Made by a program: the position numbers and the translations under genes
The notes under the pieces: model-generated
Database searches by the model: none
Told to the model about the DNA's origin: nothing
Seen by the model: only the letters and a program-made list of their open reading frames with translations
From: a virus
DNA: 64,000 nt
Virus record (IMG/VR): IMGVR_UViG_3300010352_001575
Location: 94,206-158,205 of that record
Direction: 5' to 3' (one strand)
Shown here: positions 46,277-57,227 of the stretch, in pieces
How the letters are laid out: each line of letters starts with the position of its first letter
Numbering within the stretch: the stretch's first letter is position 1

Positions 46277-48206
46277 TATTCCTCCAGCAAACCCGCCCTT
46301 TGGCGGTTTTGACCCTAAAGCGTTCTCGTCTTCCACCGGGGACGCCAATGCCGCGGCCATAAACGAGGCTATCAAAGGGATGGTAGCACAGCTTGATAAG
46401 TTTAAACTAGCTGGGCTGCAAGACACTACGGATGCGTTAAAGGCTAAATTTAGTGATCTAGCCGACATGACCAAAGTTAGCGCCAATACCCTTGCTGGCG
46501 CCATCGGCGTAGCTGAAGGAGAAATCATTGCGCCAGCGCAGGTGTTAGCTCAAAGGTTTGCGGAAGTAAACACAGAGCTAGCGGTTTTTGGCAGCAGGCT
46601 GGATGAAGAGATAATCGCATTACGTAAATCAATTAAAGAACAGAGAGATTTGCCAAATCTTAGAGGCAAGCAGCGGAAGCAGCTGGACAAGCAAGAATTA
46701 GAGTTGAAGAAAAAGGTGAGCCAGAAGCAGGAGATGTTGGACAGAAGTGATAGCATACAGAGACAGCGAAGAGAACTAAATCAGTACCAAAACACACTCC
46801 GAGCAGCCAGAGAGGCCGTAACAGAGCCCGCCGCGCTGCAGCACAAAACCTGGAAGACGATATCTGCTGATGCAGTAAAGGCATCTAAAGAATCACAGTT
46901 AGCGAATTTTAAGAGTAAAAATGTTCTTACAGAGTACCTAGGCACGAAGCTAGAGCAAACCGCGGCTGGCCGCGGTAAGGGCGCTGCGGCGGCCAACCTA
47001 GGCCTAAGCGCAGTAGGAAGTCTAGGTGTGTGGGGGCTGGTAGGAAAGGCGATAATGGATGGCCTTGCTGGTGCTGTAAGGGCCAATACCGTGATGGCAC
47101 CCACGATGTTAAGGTCTTTCGGGGGTATCGGAGCAGGAGGTGCGGAAGAGGGCATCCTGCACTTACGCGCTGGGTCATTAGCCCTCAATAACTTTGCCAA
47201 AGAAACCCGCGGCCTGTTGTCCCAGGACGAAATGGCTGGGTTTATGGGTGTGTTGAATAGCTCTGCGCTGTTCAATCCTACTATACTCGCAAAAACAGGC
47301 CAAAGCATTTCAAGCATCGGCCCGCAGATTGGTAAGCTATCCGGCAGGCTGACTCTGCTAGGCAAAGCGTTAGGAATGACAACTGCAGAATCTGCTAAGT
47401 TTTTTGCAGATATGAACGCAGCTGGGCTAGTAGACTTAGGAAAAGATTTTCAAATATCCTCAGAAAAAGCATTTGACACTGCGCTTAGCAACATTCAAAA
47501 AATACAAGTAGCTCAGGGTGGAGATTTGTTCATGGCCAACTCCGCCCTGCAGAGAACGGTAGGCTTAACCCGGCAATTTGGCGTTGGTGCGAATAAAGCT
47601 ACTGAACAGCTAGCTAGCACCTTAGGTATATTATCCGACTTCGCGTTCGAGTCTAAAGATGAAGCAATGTACAATATGTTTAAGAACGCAGAGTGGCGCG
47701 CGCAAACTGTCGATACTTTGATGGGCATCGGCGCCGGAATAGACGCTATCTCTATGGCCGGCTACAATATGGCGACTGGTCAGGGTGGCGCGGGTGGCGC
47801 ATTCGGAGACATATACAAAAACCTTACTGCAGGACCCTTGGATCGGCTCACTAGTTTTATGGACGTTGTCGCCAAGTTCGGAGGAGGGGACAGAGGCAAG
47901 ATGGCCACCTGGTTTACTCAGCTAACCAAAGACCCCACAGCACTAAAGGCGTTAACAGAAATCACTAGCAACCCAGACCGGCTTAGGGAATTTAAGAACT
48001 TAAAAGGTGCTGAAGATCTGAAGGGCTATCAACAGGAGTTTAAGTTGAACGACGACAGCATAGACGCATTGGCCAAACTAATGATAGTATCCGACGACCC
48101 GATGAAAGCAGTGGTAAATTTACTTACAAACATAGCCCAAGGCCTAGCACGGTTAGTCACAATCGCATCGCTTAACCCATTTGGGGCTAAGCGAGCAGGC
48201 GGGTAA
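46266..48206 (+). CDS. Tape measure protein
   Basis: 646-aa Ala/Gly/Leu-rich helical ORF after the chaperone. Confidence 0.75.
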   Translation: MAPNIPPANPPFGGFDPKAFSSSTGDANAAAINEAIKGMVAQLDKFKLAGLQDTTDALKAKFSDLADMTKVSANTLAGAIGVAEGEIIAPAQVLAQRFAEVNTELAVFGSRLDEEIIALRKSIKEQRDLPNLRGKQRKQLDKQELELKKKVSQKQEMLDRSDSIQRQRRELNQYQNTLRAAREAVTEPAALQHKTWKTISADAVKASKESQLANFKSKNVLTEYLGTKLEQTAAGRGKGAAAANLGLSAVGSLGVWGLVGKAIMDGLAGAVRANTVMAPTMLRSFGGIGAGGAEEGILHLRAGSLALNNFAKETRGLLSQDEMAGFMGVLNSSALFNPTILAKTGQSISSIGPQIGKLSGRLTLLGKALGMTTAESAKFFADMNAAGLVDLGKDFQISSEKAFDTALSNIQKIQVAQGGDLFMANSALQRTVGLTRQFGVGANKATEQLASTLGILSDFAFESKDEAMYNMFKNAEWRAQTVDTLMGIGAGIDAISMAGYNMATGQGGAGGAFGDIYKNLTAGPLDRLTSFMDVVAKFGGGDRGKMATWFTQLTKDPTALKALTEITSNPDRLREFKNLKGAEDLKGYQQEFKLNDDSIDALAKLMIVSDDPMKAVVNLLTNIAQGLARLVTIASLNPFGAKRAGG

Positions 48207-48208
48207 TT

Positions 48209-49000
48209 ATGGCAGATATCAAGAACCTAGCATACTTAAGCACACGCAATCGCCCGGTAAGGTACTACAAAAAGCCGCAGATTTCCTGGGTCATAAGCCC
48301 TGAAGACGCCAAAAAGAACGGAATCAACAAGGTAATGAATTTTCCAGATGAGCGCGCCGGCACTGCTTGGAAAGCAGCTGGGTTAAATTCTCTAGCAGAC
48401 AAATTAGCGGGAGACTATTATACTTTCCCCCACGTGCAGAATATCGAGCTAAAATATGCTAGGGATGTATCGGAGCAATACGGTTTGCAGGCTTTTTCTG
48501 TTCTGCCCTGGTATACCAAAGCAGTTGTGGTCACTGTAAAAGGTCTTGATTATCTTGGCTCATTCGTGTCTGCCGGTAGCTTGCCGCTTATAAAAACATT
48601 GGCCAATTCGTTGGTTATTAACCAGATGAGAGATGAGTTAATGGCCGTGGACGCAATGCTAGCATACCCTGGGGTAGTAAACACAGATGACGCCGCACAA
48701 AACAACAATATTGGTTTCTTGTCTGCAATCACTATAGGTATACCTGGAGAGGTTGATCGCGTGGAGTTAATGGGTTTTATCAAGGGCCTAGACATTTCCG
48801 AATCAGTGGAAAAACCATTTCTGCATTCATATACTTTGACCTACATTGGACTGGACAACTATTTTTACCGACAGAAAACCGCGGCAGATCGTGCAGCTGC
48901 GGATGCTGCCGTAGCTACGACCCCGTCCACTACTACAACAATAGCCGAAAGCAAGCCAGAGGGCGCTACTATCAAATCAATAAGTCTCCCCCAGGCGTAG
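48209..49000 (+). CDS. Putative tail tube initiator/baseplate hub protein
   Basis: Follows the tape measure; GFIKGLDISESVEKPFLHSYTLTY tube-fold pattern. Confidence 0.55.
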   Translation: MADIKNLAYLSTRNRPVRYYKKPQISWVISPEDAKKNGINKVMNFPDERAGTAWKAAGLNSLADKLAGDYYTFPHVQNIELKYARDVSEQYGLQAFSVLPWYTKAVVVTVKGLDYLGSFVSAGSLPLIKTLANSLVINQMRDELMAVDAMLAYPGVVNTDDAAQNNNIGFLSAITIGIPGEVDRVELMGFIKGLDISESVEKPFLHSYTLTYIGLDNYFYRQKTAADRAAADAAVATTPSTTTTIAESKPEGATIKSISLPQA

Positions 49001-49017
49001 AGATGAGCGTGTAAACT

Positions 49018-52000
49018 ATGAACGCACAAAAATCTCTAGTAGGAGTCCAGAAGAAGGTCAAGGTACTGCTATACAAATATAGCAGTGAGTCTGCCATATA
49101 TAAATTATTAAACACCCCCGGATCAGATCCAGAAACCACAGGGGATAAGTCGCTGGTTTTCTCCCCTCCAGGCACTGACCCAACAGATCTAGAGGTATCC
49201 TCTGGTGTAGTGTCTAGAGAGCTGAACAGCGGAGCGGCTATTGTTAGGTTGCCGTACGACTCTTGGTTTAGCCGGTTTTTCGGATCAGCCAACCAAGACA
49301 CAGAAGCGGCTGATTTGTTTAGCAGCGCAGAAAGCCATATCCTCCCTACAGTACAAGATTTTTACAAAAACATTACATCGCTGCTGTGCAGCGCTAATTC
49401 GCTATCGTGGCGAAAAATGTTTACTAAAAATTACCTTGCCAATTTTGGAAAGGTAGCCACAGCGCTGCGGGACAAGTTGCTGATCGCAATGAACGAGGTA
49501 ATCAACCTGGTTATCGCGGCCGGAGTTAACACCGAAACGCTATCGAGGGTTGTAGTTCAGTACGACATCAGCCCTTACCTGGTGAAAAGAGTGCATATCA
49601 CTGCGTCTACAGAGTTTAATAACAATGTCAAACTAACCCTAGCCGTAGACCCAATGGCAGTATCTTCTGATATGGGTAATACTTATCTATCTTCTTCCGG
49701 ACGGTACGCTAACACCGTTTCAAAGCAAGATAACAAGCTGGTTGACATTGCTGAGAACGATATAATTGAAGTAAGGGTGCTATATACCGGCGTACGTGAC
49801 GGCTTGCTGAAAGAAGGTAAGTTTATCGACGCCAACGGATACGAGCGTGTTTTCATTGGCTATGTATCTGGGTCCAGAAGATCAAAAATGTATAATCAGG
49901 TTGAGACAGTGGATGTAGACTGCTACGGGCTCTCTAAGTTGCTAGAGACTAGCTATGTATCGTTTGACCCATCAATGAGAGAACAAGCAATGGGTCCTGC
50001 GGCTTTGTTCGAGAATGGTGCTGAGATAGACGCACCAGAGTTTCGCGGACTAAACAATAACTTTAGTGGTCAATCGTTGGAAGAGGTGTTTGATAGGGCT
50101 ATTCGCAGCTTAGCATTGGCGTCAGCAAGTAATAAGAAACTTACAGCAAGCGCAGAGCTAAACCCAGCAGAAGCCGACTCTCCGGCTCCTAGTAAGAATT
50201 TAGACATGATAACGTATCGTATGAATCCTGGCGACGTGCTTCCTAGTTCACCTAGTGCTAACGAGACTCTGCACTTTAGTTTTCAGTTCGCTAGACACGT
50301 TCCTTTCCTGCTATATCTAGCTAAGGCATACGCAGACTACGAACCTGGAGTAGACAATACCGGGCGCTACGCCGAGGTGATAGGAACGGCAGAGCGTGCC
50401 CAGCTCAAAGCGTTTAACCTATTGGCGGCCAACGCGTTTAGGTTGTGGTACTCGGAGATGAAATCATTTTCGGAAGTAATCGGGATGATTCGCCAGAGTT
50501 CGCATATGGAGATTTTCGAGGACCGACCGGCAGTGTTGCGGTTACGGCCGCCTAAGTACAATATCATCAATTTTAACAAGAAGATATCCGACTTCGAAGG
50601 AGAGGAGCCAGTTCCGGCAGGCGGATCCAGGCCGTACATCGAAGTACCTCTTATCTCAGACAATGCAATTACGCAAACTGAAAAGCTCATAGCCGACTAC
50701 GCAATAGACCCAGCGCAGATTATCGATATTAGCTTTCAGCGCAAAGATCCCGATATACAAACCAGAACAGATGCCACAATGCAGATCCCCATTGCCGGGG
50801 AGCTATCACAGGGGTATACCTCACATTTCACAGACTTAGGCCTGCTGGTAAAATATGGGCTAAGGATGCGCAGCCCGGTTAGCAATCCGTTTTGTTTGAG
50901 CGAGACGCTTTGTGCCATGGTGGCTTCTTTTTCCCAGGCAGTGAGCAACGCAAAGACAAGGTCGTGCTCTCTAACTCTGCGGGACGACAGAGAGTATCGC
51001 CCCGGTCGGCTATACTACATACCAATGAACGCTGCTAAGGTCAACGACCCTAGCGGAGTAATCAGCAAGGGTGTTGTTGGTTACGTGGAGTCTGTGACGA
51101 CCACAGAAGCGTACAAAGAAGTACCAATACATAGTCTGGAGATGAACTATGTACGCTATGCTGAGATAATAAAGCTGGATCAGAAAGACTCGGACAAGCA
51201 ACCACTGTACTACGCCAACTTTAAGCGATTGCCGGAGATAGACTCTATATTGGGGCAAGCGGCCCACGATAAGTCCACTGCTCTTGAGATACCGCGAAGT
51301 CCGCTTGCAGCAGGAAAAACCAAGAAAGATTTTGGTACGGGGGTATCACTATCGGGAGAAGACTTTTACATTGTAGACAACTCACCGCAAGACACTACTT
51401 TATCTGCGCAGGCTGCGCGGCCTACAGCAAACTTATACGAGCAAGGTAGTTATTTAACTCCTATAAACGGCAGACAGTTTCAAGGTAGACAGCTCACCAA
51501 AACTCTGTTGACGCAACTATCTATAGTGTCTCTAGACCCGCTAGCCAATTATTCCAATAGAAGCGGAAAGTCGGGTACATCGGTTGGCAAGGGTAACCGA
51601 GCATATGGCGCTTCAGCTAACTCGTTCGAAAATTACGAAGAGCAGTGCGTTCAGAATCTTGCTGCCATCATAAACTCAGCGATATATAGCGGTGCAGTAA
51701 GTCTAGCTATAAGTTCCAAAACGTGTGTCGGAGAAAAACCAAATAATATAACCTGGTTTAAGCAGGTAGGCGACATTAATGACAGCTCCGGTTATTCAGC
51801 GAGCGATTTCGCGAACGGTGTGCTTACTACATCAGGCCCCATATCTACCGGAAAAGTAACGGTAACCACATATTTTAAGCTAAATCAGTCGTGTATGCTA
51901 TCGACTATTGAGATACTGCCCAGCGCGGGAGCCACACGAATCCGCAGACTAATAGCAACCTTTGTACCAGCGCATAAGATAGCGTCTTTGAGCAGAATAA

Positions 52001-53121
52001 TTAGTTCTGGCGGAGCTCCTCTAGCATATCTGTCTAGCACTATACCGCCCAGTGTTACTACTATGTTATCTCCGAGTTTAATACATTTTTCAGATCTGTA
52101 TTTGTCAGAGTGGACGCTAGGCGATATGTTCGCTAAGCAGTCTTTCAGCTCCGAGTCAGCCGCGTTCTCGTCGGTGCCTACCTCCTTTGAATTTACCCGC
52201 GGTCTTGGCGAGGATATAGACTTCGTTAACCACGCAGCAAACGCCACGGACCCTACCGGGTGCACCGCCAGTTATCAGGGGTTGTACTTAACCAATTATA
52301 TCCCGGCTGCGCCTAGCAGTACTGCGACTACCACATCAGCTACTATTAATAAACTTTGTGATGCGTTAGGCGTGCCTAGCGGATGGCGCAACACTGCCTT
52401 ACCTGTAGCCCGAACGTCGAGCATTAACAGTATAAACTCGGACAGCGCTGCCGGGGCTATATTAGACAATATCAGCACTATAGGCTATGGGCTAAAATTC
52501 CCAATGATATTGAAAGACTCATACTATAAGAGTATGTTTCCCGACGCTGATAGGGTGCTAGGGACGTACATACCCAGTAAGAACAATGACGGTATGGGAT
52601 CATTCGGGCTATCCGCGATAATAGGTCGAGTACATACAGCAGCAGCTAATAACACGTTTTATTTGACGCTCGCCTCGGCATTTAAAAAATCAGGCATATT
52701 CTCTTACGGAGTATCGGGATGGGATGCTAATAGTGCTAAAATGCTGCAGGCCAACTATCCGTTAATAGATGTTGAGTATGTTGTGCATAAAACCTGTACC
52801 TCAGTGCCTAAAACCACAAAATCTGCTCTTATTGGCACTGGTGGCTATCTTACGAAATCTGGCGTAATCGCAGATAATCTAACCCTTTTGCTGACAAGTA
52901 GCACAAAGACTTTGCTGTCGTTCAATATCCGCATGTCAGGCATAAACAAGGCGCCTATATCCACCTTGTGGTCTAAGTATGTTTTTGGAGTTTCTAACAC
53001 TATAAGAAATGCTGACCAGATGTTTTCAGCAACCTACGCGAATACGCAAACTGTCCCGTACCTCGGCCTGTACCGTAGAGGGACTCCGATGCAATATGCA
53101 CTATACTTGAACCACCAATAG
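49018..53121 (+). CDS. Large baseplate hub-like protein
   Basis: 1367 aa; VFIGYVS, EIFEDRPAVLRLRPPKYN, LVKYGLR and EYRPGRLYY are hub-like (gp27/gp44) features; long unknown C-terminal region. Confidence 0.6.
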   Translation: MNAQKSLVGVQKKVKVLLYKYSSESAIYKLLNTPGSDPETTGDKSLVFSPPGTDPTDLEVSSGVVSRELNSGAAIVRLPYDSWFSRFFGSANQDTEAADLFSSAESHILPTVQDFYKNITSLLCSANSLSWRKMFTKNYLANFGKVATALRDKLLIAMNEVINLVIAAGVNTETLSRVVVQYDISPYLVKRVHITASTEFNNNVKLTLAVDPMAVSSDMGNTYLSSSGRYANTVSKQDNKLVDIAENDIIEVRVLYTGVRDGLLKEGKFIDANGYERVFIGYVSGSRRSKMYNQVETVDVDCYGLSKLLETSYVSFDPSMREQAMGPAALFENGAEIDAPEFRGLNNNFSGQSLEEVFDRAIRSLALASASNKKLTASAELNPAEADSPAPSKNLDMITYRMNPGDVLPSSPSANETLHFSFQFARHVPFLLYLAKAYADYEPGVDNTGRYAEVIGTAERAQLKAFNLLAANAFRLWYSEMKSFSEVIGMIRQSSHMEIFEDRPAVLRLRPPKYNIINFNKKISDFEGEEPVPAGGSRPYIEVPLISDNAITQTEKLIADYAIDPAQIIDISFQRKDPDIQTRTDATMQIPIAGELSQGYTSHFTDLGLLVKYGLRMRSPVSNPFCLSETLCAMVASFSQAVSNAKTRSCSLTLRDDREYRPGRLYYIPMNAAKVNDPSGVISKGVVGYVESVTTTEAYKEVPIHSLEMNYVRYAEIIKLDQKDSDKQPLYYANFKRLPEIDSILGQAAHDKSTALEIPRSPLAAGKTKKDFGTGVSLSGEDFYIVDNSPQDTTLSAQAARPTANLYEQGSYLTPINGRQFQGRQLTKTLLTQLSIVSLDPLANYSNRSGKSGTSVGKGNRAYGASANSFENYEEQCVQNLAAIINSAIYSGAVSLAISSKTCVGEKPNNITWFKQVGDINDSSGYSASDFANGVLTTSGPISTGKVTVTTYFKLNQSCMLSTIEILPSAGATRIRRLIATFVPAHKIASLSRIISSGGAPLAYLSSTIPPSVTTMLSPSLIHFSDLYLSEWTLGDMFAKQSFSSESAAFSSVPTSFEFTRGLGEDIDFVNHAANATDPTGCTASYQGLYLTNYIPAAPSSTATTTSATINKLCDALGVPSGWRNTALPVARTSSINSINSDSAAGAILDNISTIGYGLKFPMILKDSYYKSMFPDADRVLGTYIPSKNNDGMGSFGLSAIIGRVHTAAANNTFYLTLASAFKKSGIFSYGVSGWDANSAKMLQANYPLIDVEYVVHKTCTSVPKTTKSALIGTGGYLTKSGVIADNLTLLLTSSTKTLLSFNIRMSGINKAPISTLWSKYVFGVSNTIRNADQMFSATYANTQTVPYLGLYRRGTPMQYALYLNHQ

Positions 53122-53125
53122 CTAT

Positions 53126-54091
53126 ATGATACACCAAAACACAGACGGCGCATATCTAAGAATAGGTTATGTTATCGCGTTTAGCGAAATATCCAACACG
53201 ATTTCCATAAAGACATTCGAGGGTGTTACATACGACAATGTGCAGCTAGATCAAAACATTGCCAGTATGCCGTCCCCCGTAGTCTCTTCTACCACACGCA
53301 GCGGCCTTAAGACAGAAATAATGGGCTCGCTTGTGTGGTATGTCCTTTTGAACAATGTACCCAAAATAATGACGCTAACTGCCGGAGACCCACTAATTGT
53401 GGCGCGCGCCGAGGCAAACACCCCTTTTAGCGCCGTTAGGTTTAGCGTGGTAGATCCACTGCTCAAGCTGAGGCAAGAGGGTGACCACTTAGTACAAGCT
53501 CCTGGTGTCATAGACAAAACGCTGGGCCAGCGAGAGCACGGTGCTTGGCTGCTTTTGAAGGACCAGGGGGACGCGGTATTGGCGACCCACGATCTCGGCG
53601 CTTCTCTCCGCCTATCCCCCGAAGGGTATGTATCTGTGTACGGAACAAAGTACACTATACAAGGCGACGCGTCCAAAATAGCCGAGCTAGATGGCGTGTT
53701 AACTCTGACAGTGCCTGGTTCAGATATTGATATGTCTGCTAGCCAGATCAACCTGACCTCTGCCGCTGGCGAAATTAATTTATCATCCAACATTACTAGA
53801 ATCATAACTGATAGCCTGACTCTATCGTCCACCGGACAGATAGGTATGCTCGCCGACGAAATAGACCTAGAGGCGCCTAACATTTTGGTAACAGCAGGCC
53901 AGTCTATGACGATCATTTGCGGAGACGCGGTTATAGAGATAACCCCCGGTCAGGTGCGCCTCAACGCAGGGGCGGGCAAGTTGCTGCTGAATGGCGGTTA
54001 TCCGGTTGTCGTAGCTAAGACCGAGAACACGACCGAGATAACTAGTATAGACGACCTGATGGTATCTACCAGTGTGAGGGCAGGCGTATGA
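53126..54091 (+). CDS. Baseplate central spike (gp5/gpV-like)
   Basis: N-terminal OB-like LRIGYVIAF; C-terminal beta-helical repeats INLTS...INLSS...ITLSS. Confidence 0.65.
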   Translation: MIHQNTDGAYLRIGYVIAFSEISNTISIKTFEGVTYDNVQLDQNIASMPSPVVSSTTRSGLKTEIMGSLVWYVLLNNVPKIMTLTAGDPLIVARAEANTPFSAVRFSVVDPLLKLRQEGDHLVQAPGVIDKTLGQREHGAWLLLKDQGDAVLATHDLGASLRLSPEGYVSVYGTKYTIQGDASKIAELDGVLTLTVPGSDIDMSASQINLTSAAGEINLSSNITRIITDSLTLSSTGQIGMLADEIDLEAPNILVTAGQSMTIICGDAVIEITPGQVRLNAGAGKLLLNGGYPVVVAKTENTTEITSIDDLMVSTSVRAGV

Positions 54092-54471
54092 CGACATACC
54101 GAAACGCGTTAAAGCAACGCGGCATAAATATTAACAAAGATATGGATGCTGCCTCTATGGTATCGGCGATATCTAAGATTCCTCCGGCAATGCTCGCCGC
54201 TATCCCGGGGTTAGCCAGCTTGGCGGCCGCGCTGACGGTAGCCAACACAGCCGCAGCTACGGCCCAGCAAACATACCAGACTGCGTCCAAGATGTACAAC
54301 ACTACCAAGAAGGTTACAGATGCTGCCTCGGCTGTGCTAACCGGCAATCTGAAGCAGGCCGGGGAAGAGGCCGCCAAGGAGGCGGCCAAGAACACATCCA
54401 CAGTTGCACAAACAGCCATAAACACAGCCAAAACCGCTGTTTCTGACGCCGTAGATTCGGCAAAGGTATAG
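54088..54471 (+). CDS. Hypothetical Ala/Thr-rich protein
   Basis: 127-aa ORF, coupled by ATGA overlap. Confidence 0.6.
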   Translation: MTTYRNALKQRGININKDMDAASMVSAISKIPPAMLAAIPGLASLAAALTVANTAAATAQQTYQTASKMYNTTKKVTDAASAVLTGNLKQAGEEAAKEAAKNTSTVAQTAINTAKTAVSDAVDSAKV

Positions 54472-54473
54472 CT

Positions 54474-55007
54474 ATGCTGACCAACGATACCATTATTTCT
54501 ATAGAAAATTATATAAAATTATTAAATAAGGAAACAATAGCCAACATTGCTACCAGCGCGGATGAGGCTATTTCCGACATAATTTCGGCCGAGTCGGACA
54601 AGATGACACTAGCAATGGCCAAGCGGAAAGCGGCTATGTGTTTAGCCCAGGATATTGGAGCGAGAAAGATAGTTGTTAGCTCTGAAATGCAGAACACTAC
54701 CACACAGTTCGTTAGAGAGCTACAGAAAGCGCAGCAGTCTGGCGCGCAGCAGCCAGCGTCAGGGGCGTACAATAAGTACAATCAAGAGAGCCATAACACG
54801 AATGTAGCCGGCGCGCCCGCATTCTCAGATAACGTAGCCAAGCTAGCAGACACAGTGGCAGAGAATACAAAAGAGTTAGCATACTTAGACGCATTTGAGG
54901 CCAAGATTTTGGACGCTATGGCAGACCTATCCGCAGAATCAGAACGATCTTCCGATATAATATCGTTTGCTGCGGCCATAAAGACTGCGATAACAGGAAC
55001 TCCGTGA
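54474..55007 (+). CDS. Hypothetical protein
   Basis: 177-aa ORF; motif copy 6 lies in its 5' end, so the true start may be downstream. Confidence 0.55.
   Translation: MLTNDTIISIENYIKLLNKETIANIATSADEAISDIISAESDKMTLAMAKRKAAMCLAQDIGARKIVVSSEMQNTTTQFVRELQKAQQSGAQQPASGAYNKYNQESHNTNVAGAPAFSDNVAKLADTVAENTKELAYLDAFEAKILDAMADLSAESERSSDIISFAAAIKTAITGTP
54501..54531 (+). promoter_or_regulatory. Repeated AT-rich motif, copy 6 (intragenic)
   Basis: ATAGAAAATTATATAAAATTATTAAATAAGG; core TATATAAAATTATTAAATA is intact. Confidence 0.6.
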
Positions 55008-55432
55008 AAGACATAAGATATCTAACTGCAGGCCCCGGCGGAGCATACGGATTGTTCTCTGATGTTTCGTTTGTTGCGTCCGAGGGTGGCAATGTGGACC
55101 TAGCGGTGGTAGACGAAGAAGAACGCCTAAAGCAGGATGTTGCTAAAATAATGCTAACCGAATTAGGTACCGCGCCATACCCGAACTACGGCGCCGGTCT
55201 AGCCAACTACATTTATCGAAAATTTAATAGCATTGACGTGCTGGACAACGTTCAGAAGGACATACTGACAGCGCTATACTACCTCATCTTCCGGGAGCCA
55301 TCCACCAACCCAGCGGAGAGGATTGGCCGCATTGACGATATATCTGTCAGTTATGCAGACCAGGCTATAACTTCCGAGATATCCATAACTACCGAGAAAG
55401 GCACCGGTGTAAATCTAGAGGCTGTAATATGA
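55004..55432 (+). CDS. Baseplate wedge gp25-like protein
   Basis: LKQDVAKIMLTELG..PYPNYGAGL is a gp25/gpW pattern. Confidence 0.8.
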   Translation: MKDIRYLTAGPGGAYGLFSDVSFVASEGGNVDLAVVDEEERLKQDVAKIMLTELGTAPYPNYGAGLANYIYRKFNSIDVLDNVQKDILTALYYLIFREPSTNPAERIGRIDDISVSYADQAITSEISITTEKGTGVNLEAVI

Positions 55433-56925
55433 TAATTCCTGTCGCGCAGCAAGCTAATCGCATTGTTCAGCTGATAAAGGCTCAGAACAGCAGCGTAATA
55501 CCGGACCGATCCTCGGTTATCCACGATACCTTTGTGCTCCCGATGGCTAGCACTGCGGCATGGAGCGATGCGCTTATCGCGTACGGCCAGTCGCTACAGT
55601 CTTTAGATTTGATGGCTGCTGCATTGACAGATACCGATATGCTGACTGCTATTGCAGAAGCAATGCAGGTATCGTACAACCAGGCTTATGAATTTGTTGT
55701 TAATGGCATCTTGCGTTTCGGCGCCAACTATGGCTGCTACCTAAAACCCGCCACCGCAGCGACCGCGTTTATATCTATCTACTCCAACTCTTTACCAACC
55801 AGTGACATAAGCATAGCCGCGGGCTTAGGCGTAGAGACCGCCCAGGGAGTAAAGTACTATGTGCCTAATAGCCTTATGCTCACGGTTGACTCGGCCCCTG
55901 CGTTCTATGACGCTACGCTAGACGCTTACGCGATACAGGCATTAGCCGAGTGCTCCCAAACCGGAACAGCAGGTAACACCGGCACAGAAACTATCGTATA
56001 CTTTTCAGATACCGCCGCCCTGGTAGGCATCGACGGAGTTACTAACCTTACGGAGGTGAGCTCTGGCTTTGCACAAGAGACCATTACCGAGTTTATAGCC
56101 CGAGTAAAGCTAACCATTTCTGGTACTAGTCTTCAAACTTCAGATGGCATAGCTGCTGAGGTGCTGAAGCTTACCTCGTTGCCTGACGTGTATGTTGTGG
56201 ACGCGCAATCCCCGTATTCTATTCGCAACGATGGCTATGGTGGTGTTGTTGACGTGTACACTCGCAACTCGATACCTGTGTCCACTTCACAGACAATGAG
56301 CACCGTAACCCAGGCATCGGGCATGATATTCGCGCTCCAGCCGGTTATAGACATTCTCAGCGTATCTTACCAGACTGATGTGTACGTGAAAGATACCGAC
56401 TTTATTTTGACTAAGGATACTCGGCCGGCGCTTCAAGGTTCTTCGTCTGCGCAAGATAGAATAGAATGGCTGACGGCAAACCACCCTCCGGATGGTTCCG
56501 ATTATACGGTCAACTATGTGTACAACCAGGCCGTGCAGCTCATAAAGAGCGTGCTAGCTGAGCCATCGCTTACTCCTCTAATGGGAGATGTAGTGGACTG
56601 CGCGCTAGGAAGAGAAGGCACGCCTACTTATGTCGGCATACAGTTTAGCGTGGTTCTAAACTCCGCCGCCGCTAGGGCGACCGTTCTAGACAACGCTGTG
56701 GCCGCGGTATACTCATATATCTCCGGCCTAGGATTCGGAGACGCATTGGCTATTTCTGATGTTGTCGGGGTGCTAGAAGGTGTTGCCGGAATTGCTACTG
56801 TGAATGTCACTCCTATTCGTTTTGCGGTATACAACACGACGACCAACACCTATGGGGCTAATCTCGATACGATTACACCAGTCGGTGCGTCGTTTATCAA
56901 ACCTTGGGAAATTGTGATCGGATGA
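55429..56925 (+). CDS. Baseplate J-like wedge protein
   Basis: LKPATAATAFISIY, ALAECSQTGTAGNTG, VTNLTEVSSGFAQET, YISGLGFGDAL. Confidence 0.85.
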   Translation: MIIPVAQQANRIVQLIKAQNSSVIPDRSSVIHDTFVLPMASTAAWSDALIAYGQSLQSLDLMAAALTDTDMLTAIAEAMQVSYNQAYEFVVNGILRFGANYGCYLKPATAATAFISIYSNSLPTSDISIAAGLGVETAQGVKYYVPNSLMLTVDSAPAFYDATLDAYAIQALAECSQTGTAGNTGTETIVYFSDTAALVGIDGVTNLTEVSSGFAQETITEFIARVKLTISGTSLQTSDGIAAEVLKLTSLPDVYVVDAQSPYSIRNDGYGGVVDVYTRNSIPVSTSQTMSTVTQASGMIFALQPVIDILSVSYQTDVYVKDTDFILTKDTRPALQGSSSAQDRIEWLTANHPPDGSDYTVNYVYNQAVQLIKSVLAEPSLTPLMGDVVDCALGREGTPTYVGIQFSVVLNSAAARATVLDNAVAAVYSYISGLGFGDALAISDVVGVLEGVAGIATVNVTPIRFAVYNTTTNTYGANLDTITPVGASFIKPWEIVIG

Positions 56926-57227
56926 GCGTACCAGATCCTACTAACCTAATCTGTTCCCGCTACCCCGACCGCACTGGGTTTATTCTAGTTTGGGACTCCA
57001 GCGTTAGCTCTGGGATGGCCAGCGTGAGCTACGACATTGAAGAAGACAGAACTGGCAACGGGGAGTATACTGTGGTTAAGAATGTTGTGGACGACGGCCT
57101 AGCAGATAGGCAATGCACAGAGATAGACGCTAGCGCTACACAGCAGTATTTTTTTAGGGTTAGAGCAATAGAGGCAACATCCGCGCCAGATTATTCAGAT
57201 TATGTCTATGTGAGCGGCGGGCTATGA
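56904..57227 (+). CDS. Small FN3-like structural protein
   Basis: FILVWDSS...YDIEE...YFFRVRAI...SDYS fibronectin-III pattern; likely start ATG 56922. Confidence 0.6.
   Translation: MGNCDRMSVPDPTNLICSRYPDRTGFILVWDSSVSSGMASVSYDIEEDRTGNGEYTVVKNVVDDGLADRQCTEIDASATQQYFFRVRAIEATSAPDYSDYVYVSGGL

Noticed and set aside
49096-49113. Partial motif ATATATAAATTATTAAAC in the hub gene
   Set aside because: One A is missing from the core, both flanks are absent, and it lies inside coding sequence; may be chance.
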